64,000 nt of DNA from the human T2T-CHM13v2.0 reference genome, Homo sapiens: the NCBI RefSeq assembly GCF_009914755.1, contig NC_060935.1. One strand, written 5' to 3'. Position numbers and translations under genes: made by a program. Position 1 is the first letter of the stretch; each line of letters opens with the position of its first letter. Positions 43,051 to 55,412 of the stretch are shown here, in pieces. Below the pieces are notes generated by a model that saw only the letters and a list, made by a program, of their open reading frames with translations, was not told the DNA's origin and searched no databases.

Positions 43051-43889
43051 GAAGTTTTGTTCTGCAGACTTTTGTGGCATGAATTTCAAAGAGGGCGGGC
43101 TGATGCTTGGGCAGGATGAAGAGGTTTTTGTGCAGGAGCTCTGGGGATGGAAGGCAGCCTCAAAGTTCCAAAGAGCTTTTCGGGAATTTAAGCTGTCATT
43201 TTACACATATGCAGCACTTTCAGCGTGCCAAAGAAATTGGGGCTGCAATTACGTTTTTTTGTGTGTATTTGTTTGAAAATAGAAGCGGATGTGCTCTTTC
43301 CTAAAGCTGATACTGAAACAGTGTAGATATGAGTAATTAGGTAAAAATAAACTGATAGGAATTTCAAAGGACAGTCACAACAGAAACTGGTAACGGAAGT
43401 GTTCGTCAAACGGATTCAGACATAACAAATATGGCCTGAGTAATTTATGTGAGCTAGAGCCAGGCACTGGAATGGGCTCTTTCATGTAAGTTTTTAAATT
43501 TAATTCTTGCCAGAACCTTATTAGGGAAACATCGCTTTCCTGCATGTGTTAAAACCGAGGATGTCATGGTGGCTACAGAGTGTTTGCCGAAGTCACAGAG
43601 CTGTTATGAGATAGTCACAATTCTAACCAGATCTGTCTGAATGGGAATTACTTTTATTTCACTGAAAAAGAGAACATTTTCTTCAGGTTATTTGTTTGGG
43701 TTTAGTCATACATATACTGAGAGGTCTCTGGCAATTAACTTTGTCTAGAGCATCTCTGGTTCACTTTTTAGTGGGAAGTCCTTGTAAATGAAATGAGGTA
43801 GAGACAAAAGTCTTATACCTCTCCATAGAAACTAGGAGGACAGAGGCATGAAGTGTCTTGTGGTGGTTTTTGTTTTGTGGGCTTGTATT

Positions 43890-44100
43890 TTTGTTTCTTG
43901 AGTACCTGCCAGATGCCAGGCTTCTCACTTGGTCTTCGTAACATCCTGCTGAGGTAGTTATTATGATCTCCACTTTACAGATTAGGGGAAAGGTATTTGG
44001 AAAGGCTGTAACCCTAAAATGACATGACTGGTAAATATTAGAGCCAGGATCTGAGCCTGGGTTTTCTGATTTGAAGTCCCTTGTTATTTTCACCACACAA
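43890..44100 (-). mobile_element. MIR
   Basis: CTCCACTTTACAGATTAGG...AGAGCCAGGATCTGAGCCTGGG. Confidence 0.65.
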
Positions 44101-44824
44101 TTATGTCCCTTTTTGGTTTGGAATCTAAAACACAGAAAGAAATAGGATTCTTCTCTCTGGAAAACATTAGGTAATGTTTGGGTAATGTCCATGGTGAGAG
44201 ATTCAAGTGAACATCTCAGCAGCCTGCGTTGGGAGGCAGGATCTAGACGTGCCAGGCTGGGATGGATCCGAGAGGCTCATCTGGTCCAATAGTGAAGCTC
44301 AGGTCCAGGGAAGGAGCACAGCCCGGGGCCACTGTGGGGATGTGGAAACAGCATGAGGCTGGGACGAAATCCTGCTCCACCACTTACTGCCAGGAGACTT
44401 GGGCAAGCGGTTTAATCAGAGGCTTTTTCCCATTTCAAATGGGGATAAGCAGGGCCCTGTGGAAATGAGAAAGAAAAGAAAGTCACCCAGCAGTAGGGAT
44501 TCTGCAGGCCCTGGCTTTCCCAGGCCACATATCTCTAGAGGGTGAAGCAGAGTGTCACCTCCTGGCCTGGGTACCCTCGGGCTGTTCTGAAGCTTATGAG
44601 GGTGTTCAGATGCTGGCACTCTCCTTCCAGTCACTGCTGAGGGCTGGGTCCCCACTGGTCAGGGTCACTCGCCCCTTAGGTCACTGACAGGGCCTTCAGG
44701 GGAGAGGACATTCGGTCAAAGAGCTTTGCAGAATCTGGAAATCCAGCTCAGCGTTTCCTCAGCCTGCAACCCCAGGAGACTCGAGCCACAACAATACTGC
44801 AGTCCCACTGGCGGCTGCTTCCTT

Positions 44825-44837
44825 GTTGCTAAGCAAC
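44825..44837. promoter_or_regulatory. RFX X-box palindrome (GTTGCTAAGCAAC)
   Basis: Two perfect GTTGCT/AGCAAC half-sites in apparently unique sequence; binding not demonstrated. Confidence 0.5.
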
Positions 44838-45529
44838 CAAATATTTGCTATTAAGTTCCTGTTGATGAAGCTAATTGCAAAGGTTAATTGTCCTCTGAGA
44901 TGAAAAACGCTCCAGGAATGTATTTAGGAGTTGTTCTCTGAACTTCTGAGAGGACATGATTTCTTGAAAAAGCCTATTTTTAAGATGGTGATGGCATCAG
45001 CACTGTTCTGCCTGCTTTGTTCATCCCTTAGTGTGGAAGTTTTTCAAATTTAGTTAGCAAAGGAAATTTTTGTTCAGAGGGATTCCTATATGGAACCTCA
45101 CTCAGTGTATGGGCAGAGATGATGGATAGCTAACTTGGAGGGGTGGGTGGAGCCTGGAGCCCCGCCCACTCAGCCCTGCACACTCATAGTCCCGCCCACT
45201 GGGAGCCCCTTCATTCACTGGCTTAGGGATAGTGCTTGTTACTTCCTGTTATTAGACTGTGAGGTCCCTGAGAGGTAAAACTGCTTGGTCTACCCTGTGC
45301 ATAGTATCCAGCATACAGCTGGATGCAGGGCAAGTAAACAGCTAATGCATTTCAAATAAGTGATACCTTATTTGTCATGAACCCAGCCAGGTCAGGTGGA
45401 TACAGTTAAAATACTTTGATTCAAAGATCAAAAAATCAAGCTCCAACACTGTTCCAGTGACTGGTTTTGGGTCCCTGGTGAAGCAGGTCAGGGACGTGAG
45501 AAAAGAGGAAATAATGGGTTTCCATCTCA

Positions 45530-45700
45530 CCTCCAGAATTTAACATGCTGTGTGACCTTGGGCAAGTGTCTACACCCCCAAGAGGCTCAGTTGCCTCATC
45601 TGTACATGGGAATGATAAAGCCTACCTTGCTTCTCAGAGTGAAGTACATGGCACAGTCCCTGGCACAGAGCAGGAGCTCCATTAATGGTAGCTATTTTCT
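45530..45700 (+). mobile_element. MIR
   Basis: GCTGTGTGACCTTGGGCAAGT...CTCAGTTGCCTCATCTGTACATGGGAATGATAA. Confidence 0.8.
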
Positions 45701-45969
45701 TCATTGTTTTCCAACAAGAGGCTAAAGTGGTCATGGGACATCCTGCCTCAGGCAGAAAGGCAAATTCTGATTCAATGCATTGGAGATTCCAAGGAAAGCC
45801 ATAGCAACAAGGCTGGGGTCAGGAAACGGCAAAAAAGGAGGTGGGAAAGGCCCTCTGAACCATCTCTAGCAACTTTTCCATTTCACAAGTGAGGATTTAA
45901 GAGGGGTTTTCTTATAAGATGATGATGGTCCTCTCTTTTAGGAGGCTGTGAGAGGTGCTAGGGTGATAA

Positions 45970-46356
<387 letters not shown>

Positions 46357-46371
46357 TCTCAAAGTCTAATG

Positions 46372-46550
46372 CAGGGGTTGGCAGACTTTTTCTCTAAAGG
46401 GTCAGAGAGTCAGTATTTTTAGCTTTGTGAGCCATATAGTCTGTTGCAATTACTCGGCTCTGCCGCTGTAGCTTTAAATGGCCACGGCTGTGTTCCAATT
46501 TTTCTTTAAAAATCAAGTTTGGTCCAAAGGCTGTAGTTTGTCAACTACTA
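46372..46550 (+). mobile_element. MER58A hAT-Charlie MITE
   Basis: CAGGGGTTGGCAGACTTTTTCTCTAAAGGG...; perfect 8 bp TSD GTCTAATG (46364-46371 / 46551-46558). Confidence 0.85.
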
Positions 46551-46849
46551 GTCTAATGGGAAGGAGAAAATAATAAAGTTCATTACAGTACAGTTCAGTA
46601 AGCATCATCATGGAGATGTTACACAGTGTGGCAGGGACCCAGATGAGGGAAAAAATATTTCTCACTTGAAAGAGTTCCTGGAGAAATCAGCTTGGGTGCC
46701 TTTGGTAGAGTCATTTTCTATATCTGTTTCTTTGTCTATAGAAAGAACATACTGTTACAGAGATCACAGCATAAATGTGAAGATGTATGCATTTAACATA
46801 CTGTCTGGATTATAGTTACATCCATAAGCCAACACAAATGTTAGTAATA

Positions 46850-47075
46850 ATGCGTGTTTCTAAGGGATTTTTATATGCAAGCACTCTCATGCACTGTATA
46901 TATATTATCTCATTTAAAACTCATAATGATTCCATGAGAGATCTATACTCATTCTTTCCATTTTGTATATGAGGAAACTAAGGCACAAAGAGGTTGGATA
47001 GTTTGTCTAGTAAGGGCAGAGCCAGGATTCAAAGGCAAGCAATGACTTCAGAGCCAGAACTCCCTAACCACTATA
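46850..47075 (-). mobile_element. MIR
   Basis: ATGAGGAAACTAAGGCACAAAGAGG...AGAGCCAGGATTCAAA. Confidence 0.75.
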
Positions 47076-47328
47076 CGTATTGTAAGCACTAATGTTAAAT
47101 ATTTGGCCTCCATCAAATCAGGAAAGAAAATTGCAGGTCAGCAAGCCTGTTTCTGCAGGCAGCAGATCCTGGGCTCTACTGTTTACCCTCTGGTAGGAGA
47201 ACCTAAGTTAGCTGGATCTGGCAGAGGATGAGTGATGCCCATACCCTGTTACTGTGACACCCAAGGGGTCATTTCAGGCCTGTCTGCCATGTCTTACAAT
47301 CCTCTGTACCTTTCTGTAAAGGATGTCA

Positions 47329-50300
47329 CTTTCTCTTTCTCTCTCTCTCTGTGTGTCTCTCTCTGTGTCTCTGTGTCTCTGTGTCTCTGTGTCTCTGTGT
47401 CTCTGTGTCTGTCTCTGTCTGTCTCTGTCTGTCTCTGTCTGTCTCTGTCTGTCTCTGTCTGTCTGTCTCTCTGTGTCTCTGTCTCTCTGTGTCTCTGTCT
47501 CTCTGTGTCTCTGTCTCTCTGTGTCTCTGTCTCTCTGTCTCTGTCTGTCTCTGTCTGTCTGTCTCTGTCTGTCTCTGTCTGTCTCTGTCTGTCTCTGTCT
47601 GTCTCTGTCTGTCTCTGTCTGTCTCTGTCTCTGTCTGTCTCTGTCTCTGTCTGTCTCTGTCTCTGTCTGTCTCTGACTGTCTCTCTGTGTCTCTCTGTGT
47701 CTCTGTGTCTCTCTGTCTCTGTGTCTCTGTCTCTCTGTCTGTCTCTCTGTCTGTCTCTCTGTCTGTCTCTCTGTCTGTCTCTCTGTCTGTCTCTCTCTGT
47801 CTGTCTCTCTCTGTCTGTCTCTCTCTCTCCGTGTCTCTCTCTCTCTCCGTGTCTCTCTCTCTCTCCGTGTCTCTCTCTCTCTCCGTGTCTCTCTCTCTCT
47901 CCGTGTCTCTCTCTCTCTCCGTGTCTCTCTCTGTCTCCGTGTCTCTCTGTCTCCGTGTCTCTCTCTGTCTCCCTGTCTCTCTGTCTCTCTCTGTCTCTGT
48001 GTGTGTCTCTCTGTGTCTTTGTGTCTCTCTCTCTGTGTGTGTCTCTCAGTGTGTGTCTCTCTCTCCCCCGCCCCGTGTGTGTCTCTCTCTCCCCCCACGC
48101 CCCCGTGTGTGTCTCTCTCTCCCCCCACGCCCCCGTGTGTGTCTCTCTCTCTCCCCCCACGCCCCCGTGTGTGTCTCTCTCTCCCCCCACGCCACCGTGT
48201 GTGTGTGTGTCTCTCTCTCCTCCCACGCCCCCGTGTGTGTCTCTCTCCCCCCACGCCCCCGTGTGTGTCTCTCTCTCCCCCCACGCCACCGTGTGTGTGT
48301 GTGTCTCTCTCTCGCCCCACGCCCCCGTGTGTGTGTCTCTCTCTCGCCCCACGCCCCCGTGTGTGTGTCTCTCTCTCGCCCCACGCCCCCGTGTGTGTGT
48401 CTCTCTCTCGCCCCACGCCCCCGTGTGTGTGTCTCTCTCTCGCCCCACGCCCCCATGTGTGTGTGTCTCTCTCCCCCCACGCCCCCGTGTGTGTGTCTCT
48501 CCCTCCCCCCACGCCCCCGTGTGTGTCTCTCCCTCCCCCCACGCCCCCATGTGTGTGTGTCTCTCTCCCCCCACGCCCCCGTGTGTGTGTCTCTCTCTCG
48601 CCCCACGCCCCCGTGTGTGTGTCTCTCTCTCGCCCCACGCCCCCATGTGTGTGTGTCTCTCTCCCCCCACGCCCCCGTGTGTGTGTCTCTCCCTCCCCCC
48701 ACGCCCCCGTGTGTGTCTCTCCCTCCCCCCACGCCCCCGTGTGTGTGTGTCTCTCTCTCCCCACGCCTCCGTGTGTGTGTGTGTGTCTCTCTCCCCACGC
48801 CTCCGTGTGTGTGTGTGTCTCTCCCCACGCCTCCGTGTGTGTCTCTCTCCCCACGCCTCCGTGTGTGTGTGTGTCTCTCTCCCCCCGCCTCCGTGTGTGT
48901 GTGTGTGTCTCTCCCCCCGCCTCCGTGTGTGTGTGTGTCTCTCCCCACGCCTCCGTGTGTGTCTCTCTCCCCACGCCTCCGTGTGTGTGTGTGTCTCTCC
49001 CCACGCCTCCGTGTGTGTCTCTCTCCCCACGCCTCCGTGTGTGTGTGTGTCTCTCTCCCCACGCCTCCGTGTGTGTGTGTGTCTCTCCCCACGCCTCCGT
49101 GTGTGTCTCTCTCCCCACGCCTCCGTGTGTGTGTGTGTCTCTCTCCCCCCGCCTCCGTGTGTGTGTGTGTCTCTCTCCCCACGCCTCCGTGTGTGTGTGT
49201 CTCTCTCTCCCCACGCCTCCGTGTGTGTGTGTCTCTCCCCACGCCTCCGTGTGTGTGTGTCTCTCTCTCCCCACGCCTCCGTGTGTGTGTGTGTCTCTCT
49301 CCCCCCGCCTCCGTGTGTGTGTGTGTGTCTCTCCCCCCGCCTCCGTGTGTGTGTGTGTCTCTCCCCACGCCTCCGTGTGTGTCTCTCTCCCCACGCCTCC
49401 GTGTGTGTGTGTGTCTCTCCCCACGCCTCCGTGTGTGTCTCTCTCCCCACGCCTCCGTGTGTGTGTGTGTGTCTCTCTCCCCACGCCTCCGTGTGTGTGT
49501 GTGTCTCTCCCCACGCCTCCGTGTGTGTCTCTCTCCCCACGCCTCCGTGTGTGTGTGTGTCTCTCTCCCCCCGCCTCCGTGTGTGTGTGTGTCTCTCTCC
49601 CCACGCCTCCGTGTGTGTGTGTCTCTCTCCCCACGCCTCCGTGTGTGTGTGTCTCTCCCCACGCCTCCGTGTGTGTGTGTCTCTCTCTCCCCACGCCTCC
49701 GTGTGTGTGTGTCTCTCTCTCTCCCCACGCCTCCGTTGTGTGTGTGTGTCTCTCTCTCCCCACGCCTCCGTGTGTGTGTGTGTCTCTCTCCCCACGCCTC
49801 CGTGTGTGTGTGTGTCTCTCTCTCCCCACGCCTCCGTGTGTGTGTCTCTCTCTCCCCACGCCTCCGTGTGTGTGTGTGTGTGTCTCTCTCCCCACGCCTC
49901 CGTGTGTGTGTGTGTCTCTCTCCCCCCGCCTCCGTGTGTGTGTCTCTCTCCCCACGCCTCCGTGTGTGTGTGTGTCTCTCTCCCCCCGCCTCCGTGTGTG
50001 TGTCTCTCTCCCCACGCCTCCGTGTGTGTGTGTGTCTCTCTCCCCACGCCTCCGTGTGTGTGTGTGTCTCTCTCTCCCCACGCCTCCGTGTGTGTGTGTG
50101 TCTCTCTCCCCCCGCCTCCGTGTGTGTGTGTGTGTCTCTCCCCCCGCCTCCGTGTGTGTGTGTGTCTCTCTCTCCCCACGCCTCCGTGTGTGTGTGTCTC
50201 TCTCTCCCCACGCCTCCGTGTGTGTGTGTCTCTCACCCCACGCCTCCGTGTGTGTGTCTCTCTCTCTCCCCCTCCGTGTGTGTCTCTCTCCGTGTCTCTC

Positions 50301-52176
50301 TCCGTGTCTCTCTCCGTGTCTCTCTCCGTGCGTCTCTGTGCGCGCGTCTCTCTGTGTGCGTCTCTCTGTGTGCGTCTCTCTGTGTGCGTCTCTCTGCGTC
50401 TGTGTGTGTCTCTGTGTGTGTCTGTGTGTCTCTGTGTGTCTCTCTCTCTCTCCGTGTGTCTCTCTCTCTCTCCGTGTGTCTCTCTCTCCGTGTGTCTCTC
50501 TCTCCGTGTGTCTCTCTCTCCGTGTGTCTCTCTCTCTCTCCGTGTGTCTCTCTCTCTCTCCGTGTGTCTCTCTCTCTCTCCGTGTGTCTCTCTCTCTCTC
50601 CGTGTGTCTCTCTCTCTCTCCGTGTGTCTCTCTCTCTCTCCGTGTGTCTCTCTCTCTCTCCGTGTGTGTCTCTCTCTCTCTCTCCGTGTGTCTCTCTCTC
50701 TCTCTCTCCGTGTGTCTCTCTCTCTCTCCGTGTGTCTCTCTCTCTCTCTCCGTGTGTCTCTCTCTCTCTCTCCGTGTGTGTGTGTCTCTCTCTCTCTCCG
50801 TGTGTGTGTGTCTCTCTCTCTCTCCGTGTGTGTGTGTCTCTCTCTCTCTCCGTGTGTGTGTGTCTCTCTCTCTCTCCGTGTGTGTGTGTCTCTCTCTCTC
50901 TCCGTGTGTGTGTGTCTCTCTCTCTCTCCGTGTGTGTGTGTCTCTCTCTCTCTCCGTGTGTGTGTGTCTCTCTCTCTGTGTGTCTCTCTCTCTGTGTGTG
51001 TGTCTCTGTTTGTGTGTGTGTCTCTCTCTCTCTGTGTGTCTCTCTGTGTGTCTCTCTGTGTGTCTCTCTGTGTGTCTCTCTCTCTGTGTGTCTCTCTCTC
51101 TGTGTGTCTCTCTCTCTGTGTGTCTCTCTCTCTGTGTGTCTCTCTGTCTCTGTGTGTGTCTCTGTGTGTGTCTCTGTGTGTGTCTCTGTGTGTGTCTCTC
51201 TCTGTGTGTGTCTCTCTGTGTGTGTCTCTCTGTGTGTGTCTCTGTGTGTGTCTCTGTGTGTGTCTCTGTGTGTGTGTCTCTGTGTGTGTCTCTGTGTGTG
51301 TCTCTGTCTCTCTCTCTGTCTCTCTGTGTCTCTCTCTGTGTCTCTCTCTGTGTCTCTCTCTGTGTCTCTCTCTCTCTCTCTGTCTCTCTGTCTCTCTCTC
51401 TGTCTCTCTCTGTCTCTCTCTCTGTCTCTCTCTCTGTCTCTCTCTCTGTCTCTCTCTCTCTGTCTCTCTCTCTGTCTCTCTCTCTCTGTCTCTCTCTGTC
51501 TCTCTCTCTGTGTCTCTCTCTGTGTCTCTCTCTGTGTCTCTCTCTGTGTCTCTCTCTCTGTGTCTCTCTCTCTGTGTCTCTGTCTCTGTGTCTCTGTCTC
51601 TGTGTCTCTGTCTCTGTGTCTCTGTCTCTCTCTCTGTGTCTCTCTCTCTCTCTGTGTCTCTCTCTCTCTCTGTGTCTCTCTCTGTGTCTCTCTCTCTGTG
51701 TCTCTCTCTGTGTCTCTCTCTCTCTCTGTGTCTCTCTCTCTCTCTGTCTCTCTCTCTCTCTCTGTGTCTCTCTCTCTCTCTGTGTCTCTCTCTGTCTCTG
51801 TGTCTCTCTCTCTGTCTCTGTGTCTCTCTCTCTGTCTCTGTGTCTCTCTCTCTGTCTCTGTGTCTCTGTCTCTGTGTCTCTCTCTCTGTGTCTCTCTCTC
51901 TGTGTCTCTCTCTCTGTGTCTCTCTCTCTGTCTCTCTCTCTCTCTGTCTCTCTCTCTCTGTCTCTCTCTCTCTGTCTCTCTCTCTGTCTGTGTCTCTCTG
52001 TGCGTGTGTGCGTGTCTCTCTGTGTGCGTGTCTCTCTGTGTGCGTGTCTCTCTGTGTGCGTGTCTCTCTCTGCGTGTCTCTGTGTGCGTGTGTCTCTGTG
52101 TGCGTGTGTCTCTCTCCTGTGTGCGTGTGTCTTTCTCTGTCTCTTTCTCTCACACATGCACACACATACACACACC
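47329..52176 (+). repeat. ~4.8 kb compound micro/minisatellite: (CT)n(GT)m with CCGTGT and CCCCACGCC(C/T)CC core units, ending in a (CA)n-like stretch
   Basis: Direct inspection; the + strand is almost devoid of A until ~52150. Confidence 0.98.
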
Positions 52177-52209
52177 CACCCTTGTCTTAACTGGAGCCAG
52201 AATGCCCCT

Positions 52210-52430
52210 GCAAAGTAGGTACTTAGTGTCAGGTGAAGTGCTGGGCTTTATAACTTATGTTTTCTCACAAACAGATGGCATTTCTGCTTTATTTTATAAT
52301 TGAGGAAAGAATCCTCAGTGAGGTCAGGTAAGTAACTTGCCCATGGTCACAAAGCATGTAAAAGGCACAGCTGAAATTTCAATAAAAATGGTCTCATTTG
52401 AAGTCCAGTGTGCTTCTCATCACACCCAGC
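52210..52430 (-). mobile_element. MIR
   Basis: AAGTAACTTGCCCATGGTCACA. Confidence 0.6.
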
Positions 52431-52921
52431 TTCACCATCCCCCATCCTTTCTCCTCTTAGCTCTCATTACCAGCTACCTGCAAGACACAATGAAAAAAAA
52501 TACATGAAATCTTACAAGCGTGGGCACCAATATCCTTACCATTTTTGAGGCATCTTAGTTTTCATGCTGTGCCCACAATGGGGGCAAATGAGCCAACTGT
52601 TAAGGAACAAAGCCATTGGGGTGTGTTAGTCCAGGTAAGGCTATAAAAGACAGCTTTTACTCTGTCAGGTTATGTCTGGCATCAGAAATGTAAGTCCTCT
52701 GGAGAGTGCCTGAACTCTGGCCCAAGGTCAAACTTCAGAGCACCAGACTCCAGGGTAGAGGCCCATGTTCAAGAATATCTGTGCCTAGCTCATAATGATA
52801 ATGAAAATAATAGCAATAGAAACCACTAAGTTTCTATGAATTAAACACCGCTTATGCACTACTTCTCAGTGTCACCTTTCTCTTATTGCAGCAACTGTTG
52901 CAATGACCAGTGCTGCATGGA

Positions 52922-53248
52922 TGTCTTAGTCCGTTTCATACTGCTATAGCAGAATACCCAAGACTGGGTAATTTATAATAAACAGAATTTATTGGCTCAT
53001 GGTTGTGGAGTCTGGAAAGCCCAAGATCAAAGTGCCAGCATCTGGTCAGGACCTTCTTGCTAGCATCACATGACAGGAAGTAAGGGGATGAGAGAGAGAA
53101 AGAGGGGGCTGAACTCACCCTTGTATAATGGTATAAACGACACCCCTGAGAGTGGAGCCTTTGTAGCCTAATCGCCTTTTAAGAATGTTACAATGACAAT
53201 TAAATATCAACATGAGTTTTGGAAGGGACAAACATTCAGACCATAGCA
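52922..53248 (-). mobile_element. MST-type MaLR solo LTR
   Basis: TGTCTTAGTCCGTTT...GACTGGGTAATTTATAA...ACATTCAGACCATAGCA; 5 bp TSD ATGGA/ATGGG. Confidence 0.85.
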
Positions 53249-54432
53249 ATGGGCTTTAATCAATTTTACACAGGTACAACTTAACAGTTTCTCAACTGAG
53301 ATATGTTCATGTACTGCTTGCCTTTTACCCTGGGACCTCTCCGTTGATGCCATTGTAAAACCCTACTCTGCATCACACAAGTGGAACATAGAAGTACAAG
53401 AATGTTAACATCCCGTAAAATAAAATACTGGCCAATGAAAGATAAAAGCCATTGAATACATCCTTCCCCCATTCTCTCCTCTGATAGTCCTGAGACACAG
53501 CTTGTGTGGTCCAAGAGCTCTCAGAGATGACACCATGATGAAGTATTATGGGATCACCTCAATTAGTTATAGCCGGAATTTGGTGACTACAGTGTGCTCA
53601 GGCTGGAGAGTGTCTGGGCATGGGTGAGGCTAGTCCCTGGATTAGGGTATCTATAGGACAAGAAGTCTCTACCAAAGTGTTGATGGCCTCAGTTTCAATA
53701 GTGATGATGAGCTGGATTATTAGGTTAAGCTGGGATCCAAGGTAAATTGCTTCAGTACCAAAAACATATTGGCCTACATTCTCTACTTTCTGAAGATATT
53801 GGACTATTAACTTTCATATATGTAAAACCAGCTGTGAACAGAACATGACCTAGGAATGCTACCTTCCTGCTCTGGGATATACTCCCTTTGGCTGGTCCCA
53901 GAGTTGAGCTGTTTAGCTAATCAAGAGCTTTCTAGTCCAATCAATGGCTAGTGGAATATCCGATCCAAAAGGTGTATTTTTGGATAATCTTATATCAGCA
54001 CTTGAGCAAAAACTTCCACATAGCCTCTGAAATCCCAGGCAAAATCAAATCAGGATAGAACCTCACGTGTGATAACATTCATCCTCACCATGACTTTCAT
54101 CCTGAGCCTGGACTTCATCGCTCGTGTTCAGAGGTGCTACATGCTAACATATGAATGACTGAGGAGTGGTCTAATCTAGGGTTTTTTTCTACCTGTGCTG
54201 ACTGCAGGTCCTTCTCTCAACTTTAACTAGCAATGATTCTACCAAGTTGTTGCAAAGGGGCTGTGGCAGAGACAATGCTAGTGTGGGAACACAAGAATAC
54301 TGAATGCTGCTTGGAGGTAGAGGAATCTGACCCATGTCAGGCTGTGAAGCACTGAGATCTGGGATTCTTTGTCACTTGAATTTAACTCACTAACACATGC
54401 ATACATATACACATATGCACACATATACACCT

Positions 54433-54914
54433 ATATGGTCGCTCTTCAGTATGGAGATTGGTTCCAGGAACTCCCAAGGGTATCAAAATCCACAGATGCT
54501 CAAGTTCCTGTACTAAGATGGCATAGTATTTGCATCCTCCTGTATATTTTACATCATCACAAGATTCTTAGAATACCCAATACAATGTAAATGCTATGTA
54601 AATAATTGTTATACTGTATTGTTTAGGGAATAATGACAAGAAAAAAGTCTTTACATGTTCAGTATAGATGCAACCATTGATTTCTTAAATATCTTTGGCC
54701 CAGCAGAGTGGCTCACACCAGTAATCTCAACACTTTGAGACGCCAAAGCAGGAGGGTCACTTGAGGCCAGGAATGTGGGACCAACCTGGGCAACATAGTG
54801 AGACCTCATCTCTGTTGAAGTATATATGTAATATATACATGATAAAGATATTTTTGACTCAAAGTTGGTTGAATCCACAGATGAGGACCCCACAGATATG
54901 GAGAGCTGACTGTA
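54433..54914. mobile_element. MER2 (Tigger-derived) element interrupted by an Alu monomer
   Basis: GATTGGTTCCAGGA...CAAAATCCACAGATGCTCAAG...TTGGTTGAATCCACAGATG...GCTGACTGTA. Confidence 0.8.
54697..54813 (+). mobile_element. FLAM/AluJ left monomer
   Basis: GGCCCAGCAGAGTGGCTCACACC...GGGCAACATAGTGAGACCTCATCTCT. Confidence 0.8.
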
Positions 54915-54989
54915 CATACATCTATTTGTATGCATATATATACCTATATGTGTGTGTTTATCAACACTAGAGGGTAGATAACTTTATTC

Positions 54990-55221
54990 TCAAGCATGAC
55001 ACCCCAGGTACTTCCTCACCTTAGGGCCTTTGCACATGCTGCTTTGTCTGCGTGAACCCTCAGTCTGGCTTGCTACCTTTTTTCCTTCAGGTTGCTCAGA
55101 AGTCGTTCTCAGGAACATATCCCTTGAACACCCTATAAAATTGCTCGCCCCTGGCATCTCTATCCCCTTTCCCTACTTTATATAATTTCACAGCACTTCT
55201 AACATGCCATATGTATATAAT

Positions 55222-55261
<40 letters not shown>

Positions 55262-55412
55262 CTTGTCTATTGTCTGTTTCCCCTAAACAACATGCAAGCC
55301 CCAAGAAAACAGGGGTGTTCATTTACGTAGTTCTGTCCTCCATCCCTGTACCATAAGCAATGCCTGGCACATGGTAGATGCTCAATACATATTTATTAAA
55401 TGAATTCATGAA
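54990..55412 (+). mobile_element. L2 3' end containing a (TG)n microsatellite (~55223-55259)
   Basis: GGGCCTTTGCACATGCTG...TGCCTGGCACATGGTAGATGCTCAATACATATTT. Confidence 0.8.

Noticed and set aside
48060-50275. CRISPR-like repeat-spacer pattern
   Set aside because: The intervening parts are variable-length dinucleotide runs, not unique spacers; primate context and no cas genes.
47232-52303. 1400-1650 aa ORFs on both strands as genes
   Set aside because: Caused by base composition of the tandem repeat; translations are low-complexity with no domain content.
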